Below, in pieces: positions 13,889 to 23,355 of a stretch of 64,000 nt of DNA (the first letter of the stretch is position 1; every line of letters begins with the position of its first letter). Source of the stretch: Cystobasidiomycetes sp. EMM_F5. Its lineage: Eukaryota. Location of the stretch: NCBI GenBank assembly GCA_051047955.1, contig JBPGPT010000020.1:248001-312000 (forward strand). Direction: 5' to 3'. A model generated the notes under the pieces. It made no database searches and was not told the DNA's origin. It saw only the letters and a list, made by a program, of their open reading frames with translations. The position numbers and the translations under genes were made by a program.

Positions 13889-14112
13889 TATCGAAGTAGC
13901 TAGTGCCGTGCCTTCAGCTGACACGGCGGGGAAACTCCTCTTATTGGTCAAAGACGATGTCCCCACCTAAGGCGCGCGTTGAGCGAACGTTTTCACACGT
14001 AATACAACCACGTATTCACGTATCGTGATAAGATTTCGCAAGCACGGTCATATATGTGCTAAGGCTTCAGCGAGATAATTTTTGGGTCACTACCAAGCGT
14101 TCTTCTGCATCA

Positions 14113-15419
14113 TCACGCTTGCAGAGCTTTCCTAACCATCTCGAGTGCGCCTTCCCTGCTGGCATTACCACCGATGAAGCCGCTCGCGTGTACAAAGATA
14201 CATCCTGGTATTCCGGTGAGATCTGAAAGCGCTTGATCCCGAATACCCCTCCACGCTTCTGGCAGCGGTTTACGACTCTGGAAACTGTCTGGCGATATAG
14301 GAACAGCTTGAACACGCCATTTCCCGCTCTCGTCCGGGTAGATGACATAATAGGGCTGTTCGCTCTCGGGTATTGACAGATCCTTTTCCAGTATGAACAG
14401 ATGTTCCTGTCAAATAAGCCGTAAAATCAGTAAAGTCGCCTGAAACTGCGAGAAAGCAAGGAGTATACCTTCCATGGCGCAAAGTCCTCGAAGACTATCA
14501 AGCGCCCAGACGGATCGTGCTGCTTTCTCGACGTGACGGCATCCTCCACAAGAGACCTTGCAGGGTACCAAGATTTGGCTATCCTACTCAGTGCAGCATC
14601 AAACTCGGATCCAGCGAGCTGCGAAGCTTGCAGGAACTTGCTCTGTGTCATCAATAGAACGCTTCAGCGGGTTCAGCATGTTGAATACAGTCTCGGTAAG
14701 CCTACGTCCAGGACGGAATCGTTCGAAGGCTCATTCCAGCCGGGGTTAAGCTGTGCGCGGCGGCTTGTCAGGACGTGCCAGATACGCGTTCAGAGATTGA
14801 ACTCACATGGCCAACACGCGAACTCAAGTCTGTCCTGCTCGAATATCGCGCCTTGCCGTCGCCTTCATACTGTTGTATCCCATTGTCGATACCATCAAGT
14901 GCCTCCACGAAGTTTTCATAGATCTTTTTGAACACGACGTCGAGCTTCTGCTGTTCGGCAGTCTCTCCAGCCAGGGCTTCCTCAATTATCCGTCTGCCAA
15001 AATGCTTGTACACCAATCCGGCCGATGACAACTTTGTCGCATGCTCTGGCGAGAATGTTTCCATGAATCCTCTCTGATGGTGGTCGTATCTGTGCTTGTC
15101 TGCGTCATACACTCCGCCAACGTCGAGCACAATGTCGCCAGTTTCGATAATTTTGGCATCTCGCGTTCTAACGAGGTCTGTAGGTTTACAAATATCAGCA
15201 CAGCTCTCGGTCAATGCAATGCTACCCACCAGCATCCCGGTACTCGCTTAGCTTCCTGACGAGATAGACGGCCAGCGCTTCGTCTGCCTGCAATACATAA
15301 GGTGGTCGGTAAATATCTCGTCATTTGGCAGTGCATTCGCAACCGACGTGAAAGGTCCCGCTGTGGGTGACGATGAGCTTGCTCGCACGCTGCCGCTTTG
15401 CTGGATTTACTTCAGTCAT
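14113..15419 (-). CDS. MYG1: MYG1 family exonuclease/hydrolase
   Basis: Motifs THSGTFH|ADEALA, DLVRTRD, DVGGVYD, YDHHQRGF, KLSSAGLVYKHFG, DGIDNGI, PEAWRGIRD and FVHASGFIGGN. Confidence 0.93.
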
Positions 15420-15553
15420 AATTTTGCGAATAAATCGGTTGGCCCGGGACATGACAACACCTACCCATTGCGCACGAACTGGGAGATTCGATACATGCCG
15501 GCTATGTTACACAGAAAGACGAAGAATATGCTTATTTAAAGATACAGGGGTCA

Positions 15554-17400
15554 CTATCTTCCCTTGCGGAGAAGTGGGATGCGGACCGTGTGGAGAATAT
15601 GACCTCGCTCAATTTTGATGTACGCGGTATAGCTGATGACGCCAGCAAAGACAGCGATGAAGCTGACCAGAGCCGCCCATTGGAATTGTGACGGCTGGGC
15701 GAGCACAATTACTAGGACGTACTTTCCTAAATCCGCCAGTGATTGCAGACTGTATTGAAGGCCCATGCTGCGGGTGTGCTAGCTGTCAGGGCGAACTCCA
15801 AGGTACAGTACACTACGCTCTCACAAACGATTCCTGCGAGGATGTTCGGCCAGCGCTAATTGCATTTCCTACATCAAATGTGCGCATCAGTATGGTGAGC
15901 GGGTCGCATGGGAACAAGGCGTACCTTTAGTTGACACAGATCAAAGGACCATAAGCCGATTCTAGAGGCGGCCATGCCTAGCAAGTGGATCATCTCAGTA
16001 TGTGTCATCTAACGGCAAACCAGACTTGCCTCCAAATAGCAGGACCTCGCCCCAAGCTGGGCCCATCGATGTTGGCGGCATTTTGCTGTAGAATGTCGCC
16101 AACACAGGCACTAAACACAGCAACTCGGACCTAATGATTGAGATCGTATATCAATAGCTGTAACGGTTGCATATTCCGAGGAGTAGCAAGGATAGCCTAC
16201 GTGATACTCCACGCCCCGGCACGAATGAGTCCAATCTTGCGTTCCAAGTATGGCATAAGAATGGTGCCCATCAGGCCGGTGACGACACAGATCCCTCTCT
16301 GACCAGCGAGGAAAGCGTCATTGTAGTTGCGAGACTTGAGATATGCCAGCATCGTGCCGTCAAATCTGTTCTCCTAAGTCAGAGAGCGACCTTAGCATGT
16401 AAGCAGACAAACATACGACAGGACTGTGAAGTATAGCAGAGACACTGCGACGACGGATGGGAATATAGGCATGGCTGCAAATTGTCGCCAGTCGCGATAC
16501 GCAGACATGAAGCGTGCTGTGGAGCATTGACTTCTCGTCGTCACCTTCTCTACGAGTGCGCTGGTGCGGTCGGTCGTCTTGTCTGTTTCGGCAAGAATTG
16601 AGAATCGGCTGTGCACAATGCGTATCCACCAAAGCTCAAAGATGAGGGTTACGCCAGCTACAACCATCGTTGCTGCAACAGCAAAGGGATACGAGATTGT
16701 CGCGGTAAAAAGAGATGTAAGCAACGGCGCCAAAAGCTTGGAAAGCAGATCGATCCGGCGAATCCAGGTATTGAGTCGTGTGAGGGAGTCGTCTCCGCAT
16801 TGTTGTGCTATGGCGGTGACCCAGTCTCGCTCTATAGCAACAGATATGCCGACGTTTGCGAGCGACAAAATGCAACCTAATGCGACAATGCCGGCGAAGG
16901 CGGCCCAGACTCCAGCGGCAGCGTTGCGGTAGTCGCCAATATCACCGATATGGAGGAGAAGTCCGAGAAAGACGCTGCACGATGCCAATATGCACAGCTT
17001 CTGAATGCCGATAAATGTCTGTACGAGGCGCAACCTTGGAAAACGATCCACTAGCCCTCCGACAGAACCCGAAAAGAGAACGGAGACGCCAGTCGTGCAA
17101 AAGCCATAAATCGCTGTAGGAAGCTGCCCAGTCAGGTCAGCGTACAGCAAGACATCGGAGGCGAAGGCAGCCGACCAGAGTATTGGGGAATAGCTGAATG
17201 AGGAAGAGATAGAAGGCAAACTCGCACGTCCGCGCACTCCACGAGCTGGAAGCATGCTGTCCCAACAAGGACAAGAAATCGGTGCGGTTGATTCTGGCCG
17301 GCACAGAAGGGGCCGGTCCTACGCTGTCGTTGTGCTTTGGCAAACCCTGGTCTGCATGGATACTGGCCAGTTCAATGTCCGACTGAGCGCTGGTCGCCAT
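15554..17400 (-). CDS. FPN1: Ferroportin/IREG (SLC40) family iron/metal exporter
   Basis: Motifs SSWSARTCEFA, GGLVDRFPRL, ISVAIERDWV, NTWIRRIDLLSKLLAP and LYFTVLS|FDG. Multiple TM segments. C-terminal ...RGHILH. Confidence 0.88.
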
Positions 17401-18039
17401 GCCTCTACATTGAAGTGACGGTGTTCAGCGAGTCTCTGAAATTCGAGCCGGCGTGGACAATCTCATCCTATCTGTGGTGTCATCCTTACCCTTTACCATC
17501 GCCAGAAACCTGCTTCGTTCTCGACTCTGGCGCTGGTACAGCGGTAGGCTATATAATAGGGACGTCGGGTACTGCCGCATTTGCCAAAGAGTGGGACCCG
17601 TTTCCTGCCCTCACTGAACCACGCACTACTTCCACCACCTCCCAACTACGTTGCCGAGGGCAAGTTGGGCCCGTGTGAGAGTGACAATCTTCCTGGTCAT
17701 CTTCTCAACCTCATCTACAAGGACTACCGGGATGTGCTTGTTCTGTTCCGTCCAGGACTGGTCGAGCCGTGGCCTGCGTCATCTCCACATTGACATTCAC
17801 CCCTCATATCAGCGAAAAATGTGGTTCGCAAGTTGATGGAGACTTTTCTCGAGGCAGTGTCGGGCAGTAAGGGCGTGCACTTGGCTACGGATGCTCGAAA
17901 CACCGGATCGCTGCGATTTTACGAAGCTCTAGGCGAGGCAGAACGGGCGACGGTACAGCGGGGTCCATCTACCTCGTCAAAGACTTGTAATGGGATGACT
18001 ATTCCGCGGTGCAGGTGTGGGCACAGAATGCGGACCTAA
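17399..18039 (+). pseudogene. Frameshifted GNAT-family N-acetyltransferase relic
   Basis: GNAT motifs are split over frames: YLWCHPY..PETCFVLD..AVGYIIGT..AFAKEW / RFLPSL..WPA / HLHIDIHPSYQRK / RKLMETFL..GVHL..NTGSLRFYEALG. There are at least 3 frameshifts, with no intron signals at the breaks. Confidence 0.75.
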
Positions 18040-18099
18040 TACTGCTCAGCTAAATTGACGAGACACCAGTGCCAGCTGGCCTCGAGCGCACAACAATCC

Positions 18100-18417
18100 T
18101 CAGCTAGAACTGCTAAGACTGATCGTCGCTCCATTGTCATCTACGACAAACGTGGTCGTAGCCATGCTGGCAGTGCCGCGGTCCATTTGGTATGTCGAGA
18201 CAAACGTCGTTGCGGGCAAGTAGCGGGCCGGATCTGCCAGCGCCACGCTCTCGGGAACGTCAATAGGCCTCCATTGACCTTCCGTGAGGGTGTATATCTG
18301 TGAGCTTGTTATGGTATATGGGTGTCGGACGCCAGTGGACGTGGTAGTGTAGAGAGGTGCCGCTGTTATAGTGGTTGTTATGCAGCAGGCGACGAGAATA
18401 ACGCTTGCTTGCAGCAT
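18100..18417 (-). CDS. Small secreted Thr-rich protein, paralogue 1 of 3
   Basis: Intronless 105-aa ORF with a signal peptide ending in AAP. Shares TLTxGQxRPxDVPxxVAxADPxRYxPATT with the 20076 ORF. TATAAA lies 70 nt upstream. Confidence 0.75.
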   Translation of the reverse strand: MLQASVILVACCITTTITAAPLYTTTSTGVRHPYTITSSQIYTLTEGQWRPIDVPESVALADPARYLPATTFVSTYQMDRGTASMATTTFVVDDNGATISLSSSS

Positions 18418-18486
18418 GATGTAGATTTATTCGACCGAAGGGTGATTTATTAGGATTAGGTGAGTGTGGAGGTGTTTGCGGGGAAG

Positions 18487-18492
18487 TTTATA
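18487..18492 (-). promoter_or_regulatory. TATA box of small secreted protein 1
   Basis: TATAAA on the minus strand, 70 nt upstream of ATG 18417. Confidence 0.45.
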
Positions 18493-18945
18493 CGGCTTTC
18501 TTGTTCCCGGGTCGACACCGGATGTAGGTCACGCTTTGCATCGCTCTCGACGGAGAAGAGGATGTGAATTACGTAGATGGGCCGGAGATTGAACTGCACA
18601 GACTGCGTTCTCGCACTTTTGCTTGAGTACGTCTGTACGAGGTCACGGCTACACCCGCGTTACTCACACATCAGAGTGCATCAGCTGGAGAGTGACGACA
18701 CATCGCTGTCATTCAGTATGCGGGCAGAAATCGAGACACTCGACCAGGCTAAGAGATGCACCTTACCGCAAATACGGGAGACTCCCAATGTTAGCTCATT
18801 CGGAGTGATGTGTGTAGCAGCAAATAGCCTCAGCGTGACAGGAAATCGATTCCATTCTGGTGCTGGCGGATCATATACATCAACATCTTTCAGAACCAAG
18901 ATCATTTATAATTACCACGGGCCACTGGCGCAGCCAGCCCGTTTT

Positions 18946-19209
18946 TCAGTCGTAGAGGTAAAAGCCATCGGCATCTAGTGTGTAAGTCCTGAGGACAGTA
19001 CTCTTGCTTCCAACCGGGGTGAAGTGCGTATAGGTGTACGTCGTTGCAGGATGAGATGCATCCGCGTTTAGAGTAACTACCTCGGTCGTTTCGACAATGC
19101 TAGCGTATTCGAGGTTGGGCGTAACGATGGTAGTTGCAGGAGGTCCGTATGGCGCAGCAGAAATGGCAGCAGCCATGCAAAGAGCGAGTGCGGCTTGGAT
19201 GAGCTTCAT
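18946..19209 (-). CDS. Small secreted Thr-rich protein, paralogue 2 of 3
   Basis: 87 aa: MKLIQAALALCMAAAISAAPYGPP...RTYTLDADGFYLYD. Termini are nearly identical to the 20076 ORF. Confidence 0.8.
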   Translation of the reverse strand: MKLIQAALALCMAAAISAAPYGPPATTIVTPNLEYASIVETTEVVTLNADASHPATTYTYTHFTPVGSKSTVLRTYTLDADGFYLYD

Positions 19210-19312
19210 GATGGTGAAGATGTGGTGAGGAGTGAGTGAGTATGTGTTGTGAGTGTTCGCAATGCAATATCGGATGATGCAAAAGCAAGACATTTGATCA
19301 CGTACCAGGTGC

Positions 19313-19318
19313 TTTATA
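19313..19318 (-). promoter_or_regulatory. TATA box of small secreted protein 2
   Basis: CTATAAAG on the minus strand, 104 nt from ATG 19209. Same offset as in paralogue 3. Confidence 0.6.
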
Positions 19319-20075
19319 GTATTTTGCCTTTGCATGCATAGGAGGACCCGTGACAATGCAGTCCCATCAAAGGAGGGTATGCGAAAGTCGGACAATGCCC
19401 GGAAAGGACCGTGCGTCAACCGCATCGCTTTTCAATGGTCTTGGCAGCACTCTGGGAAACGGAAAGGTAGGGATGTCGCCCTGGGAAACGGCAGGGATCG
19501 GTGCACGCTCTTTGCAGAGTGCAAGGGTATGTCGACGTAGCAAGGGAGTGCAGCGTGGTGCAGCGTGGTGCAGATGAGAAATTATTTGCAAAAGGTAAGC
19601 CTGGCCACACATCAGGATGATATAAGCGTAGAATGTCAGCTTCGATGCGCTTCCAGCGAGCTATCGCCAGAATCTATCTGAAACATGACGGTGACTGGTC
19701 TATGACAACTCACCGTTGACGTCAGAATAAGGCTCTAGGCAGCAGTAGAAAGTAACATGCTCACACGCCAAGAGAGACTTTTGAAAGAGAGCGCCATAAA
19801 CATAACCCATACGGATGTTTTCGCACGGCAGGCCGTCTGTCCGGACAAAATGGCCTGCAGAAGGCTTTGAGTCAAAAATATTAGCGTAATGCTCCAAAGA
19901 CATGCACTACAGGCAAACGATGCTAAAATATCCGAACACGTCGAGTAGATAAGTTCGTCTAAAACCCATAAAAGTTTCATTGCATTTACAGGCGGCTCAT
20001 AACGTATGAATAGCAGTGAGAGGTCAACATCTGAATCCCATGATAGCTAGTGCCAGCTAGCTCTGAGTCCGGTCT

Positions 20076-20390
20076 CTACTTGTAGAAGTAAAAGCCATCG
20101 GCGTCCAAAGTGTAAGTCCTGGTCACCAAGGTCTCTTGACCCACTCCTGCAGGGTGTGTGATTGTATAGGTGGTAGCAGGGAAGTAGCGATCTGGGTCTG
20201 CTGCAGCTACTTCGTCGGGTACATCCACGGGTCGAGGTTGACCCTTTGTCAGAGTGACTGCCTCTGCGGTCATGCCCATACTGGCGTATTCGAGGTCGAC
20301 TTTAACGATGGTGGAGGCAGGAGGTCCGTAAGGCGCAGCAGAAACGGCAGCAGCCATGCACAGGGCAAGTGTGGCTTGAATGAGTTTCAT
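20076..20390 (-). CDS. Small secreted Thr-rich protein, paralogue 3 of 3
   Basis: 104 aa: MKLIQATLALCMAAAVSAAPYGPP...RTYTLDADGFYFYK. Intronless. Confidence 0.8.
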   Translation of the reverse strand: MKLIQATLALCMAAAVSAAPYGPPASTIVKVDLEYASMGMTAEAVTLTKGQPRPVDVPDEVAAADPDRYFPATTYTITHPAGVGQETLVTRTYTLDADGFYFYK

Positions 20391-20493
20391 GGTGAAGACG
20401 TGTGTTTGTGGAGTAGGTAATGGGAAGTAATACGAGTGGATGCAATGCTTGAAGGAGATGGAGAGTCAAAAGACAAATGAAAGAAAGCCCGCC

Positions 20494-20499
20494 TTTATA
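20494..20499 (-). promoter_or_regulatory. TATA box of small secreted protein 3
   Basis: CTATAAAG on the minus strand, 104 nt from ATG 20390. Confidence 0.6.
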
Positions 20500-21041
20500 G
20501 CTTTCTGACCCTGCACGGGAGCCGATCACAGGCCATGCCAGTCTCACGAACTTAAAGGAGGGGGCCATGTGAAACTCGGGCTCTCCCCGACAGGGCCGTT
20601 CACGGGCCGCATGACTTTCAATATGCGCTTGGCAGAATTTGTCGGAGAAAGGAAGCGGTAGTTGCCCAAATGAATATGGTGTGTACAGCGGAAAGTCTTC
20701 GCTTCAGAGCGGGATCTCAGCGGGATATGCGTGTGAAAAATCTTCACGAGCGTTAGTCCGTTCCGCTCCCGCGCGATACGTCGCGGTGACTCAGTTAGTG
20801 CTGAGGCAGGATCACTGGTATGCGCACATAAGATGCGGATGTGCAAATGCGAATTCTTCGTTTCTATTGATAAGGTCAGCGCAGAAACGGCCGTGAATAC
20901 TTCTTGCATGACTCTGGACCACCCTGAGCTCTCGCTGTATGCTATGGCGACTCGTTTCTACATGCAGATTTTATGCAGAGGAGCTTCCACTCTGCAAAGT
21001 CCGGGGAAATAGGTGTAAACAATATTCCTGCAGAAGTTCCT

Positions 21042-22345
21042 CTACAAACCACTTACAATGTAGAACCATTTGTCGTACGATGAGTCGATAGGAGCAGGTG
21101 CCTTGCGGGAATCAGCAGGAACCTTGCTACCAGCATTACCGTGGCCTGGAGTACCCTGTAGCGAGACGTTGTCGATTGCAAGGCCGTGCTCTGTATGATT
21201 GCCTTGTCCGGAAATGAGCTTCTTCCATGCTTCGTTGCACTCGTGAATGATCTCTGTAGCGTAGCGCTTGTTCTTCGCCTCGCCAGAGAAGGCAAACTGG
21301 TTCTCGGGCTGTAGAAAAGACGCAATGTTCAGTATGTGCGCCAAGAAGTGGTGGATATAGGGCAAGCGCACCTTTCCATCTGGAATCTTGTAGATGCGGA
21401 ACCACTCGTTGGTAGCGCGAATGAGACCTGGCAAGTGACGCTCGACATCCTCAATGTCGTTTAACTTGGATGCCAGTGGGTCGGTCACGTCAATGACTAG
21501 GACCTTCCAATCGGTCTCGCCCTCGTCGAGGAGCGCCATGATTCCGAGTACCTTGACCTGCTTGACTTGACCGGTATATCCGACTGCCTCGCCAATCTCG
21601 CATACATCAAGGGGGTCATTGTCACCCTTGGCTTTGGTCTCGGGATGAGTCGCGGCCGGGTCTTCCCATGTCTGTTATGACAGCCATTTGCAGGTCAGCC
21701 TACTGAACTGAACCCTTACTGGTATGATTACTGCTCGCCTGTGGGAAGGCACCATCTGCGCAACAGGCACAAACGAATGATGTTCAGTCGTGCTCTATAG
21801 ACGCAGTGTATGAGCACACTTACAGTTCCAGATGTATCCATGGTGAGGAAAGCAGTTGCGAACGAATCTAAGCTTTCCCTTCTTTGTATCTTGGAGGATT
21901 GGGTTGAGGGTTTCCGACTTTGAAATCTCCATCTTTGCGTTTGTCCAGCGGGGGACTTCGACAATCATGTTGAGGATGGTCTAGCATAGCCGTGAAGAGG
22001 TGTCGACATCGTTAGCTTGAAATGAGCTACTTGCACAAAAGTTTGCGGCTTCTCGGCGGAGATGGAGACCACACCTTTTGGTCATTCGCAAAGAGCGGGA
22101 TATCGTGAAAGGCCGACAGCGGTTTGCCAGTAGCCTTGTCTTCGATGAAGACGCGGTGCTCTGGTGCATCATAATCCAAGTTCAATAGTCAACGCAGCCC
22201 TAATCCATTCATTCTTTTTCGCTGGCGCACCGAAAGTGTTGGGAGCCCCAATGACGCGGGTAGTAAATTCCATCTTGCTGTTCAGAGCTGTGCTTGCGAG
22301 ATGCCGGGTTGTGCTGCTGAGTCTGCGAAGTGCGTTGCTGCACAT
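21042..22345 (-). CDS. IPP1: Family I inorganic pyrophosphatase (short start 22273, long start 22345)
   Basis: Motifs [66 protein letters not shown] and [14 protein letters not shown]. Confidence 0.95.
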
Positions 22346-22411
22346 CCACCAATAAAATGGTCAGAGGTCAAGAGATGGCTTGGTTTCAGAACAACAAGTT
22401 GAGCAGAAAAC

Positions 22412-23074
22412 ATGGCGGCAGCATCGTCAAAGGGCTTCCAGTCGTTTATGAACAGTCCTGCGGGACCAAAGTAGGACTGCCAGCCTTTTTCACCGGGTCC
22501 AATATCGCTGAGTTGGCTATCTTGTTGCAGGACCATCTTCTTCTGGGCACCGCTGTTTAAATGGTGCAGCCTTAAATTGAAGACTTGTTATACTCTCACG
22601 ATACTAATGCTGAAGACTCTATGCGCTCCCTTTCTCTTAAACATTGTCAAATTGATAATCACAGGTGCCTCGTCGCAGCAGGCGTCAAGGATCTCAATAG
22701 ACCTGCCGAGAACCTCTCGATACCGCAGAACCTGGCACTCACTGCTACTGGCTTGATCTGGGTCAGATATTCATTTGTGTATGTGTACTAGGGCTTCTAG
22801 CTTGCTCGCGGAGCTTTGGCTAAGACATGCACGCACACAGGATAACACCGGTCAACTACTCGCTAGCGGCTGTTAACGCGTTCGTCGGTGCAACTGGAGG
22901 GTATCAACTATTCCGGGCAGTTCAGTGCGCGATTCTTGTCTGATATGCCTATCCCTTACTGACGAGTCTCGCTGCAGATGGCAACGAGAACATCCCGAAC
23001 TAGCAAAGGCTAAAGACGCAGTTGCCAAGCAAGTGCAGAATACGCCTACGCCGTCTGAAAGGATCGGAGCGTAG
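22412..23074 (+). CDS. MPC2: Mitochondrial pyruvate carrier, MPC2-type (5 exons)
   Basis: Spliced: MAAASSKGFQSFMNSPAGPK|TIFFWAPLFKW|CLVAAGVKDLNRPAENLSIPQNLALTATGLIWVRYSFV|ITPVNYSLAAVNAFVG... Confidence 0.9.
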
Positions 23075-23355
23075 TTTCAGTTATCGTTCCCGCTGTAACT
23101 CATATCCCCCGGTTTGTCGTTCTGGAAAGCCGTATGAAGTGAAAGACTTTGGGCCGTCTGCGAGTGTTAACCGAATGAGAGCCTCATTGAACATGCGCTT
23201 CGTCATCAGCCCCGTTGCCTTTGCGTCTGCATTGCCCGACACTCGATCGCTCCTACCGTGTCTTTGTCGCTTGACCGAGTATACGACAGAACCCAGCCAA
23301 TTCTGGAGTCGCATATCTGAGAACCCAGGCATTCTAGGCAGCCAGCCTCTAAGCA

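Noticed and set aside
19548..19573. Short tandem GTGCAGCGTG repeat upstream of small secreted protein 2
   Set aside because: Only ~2.5 copies and not seen upstream of the paralogues; consistent with slippage.
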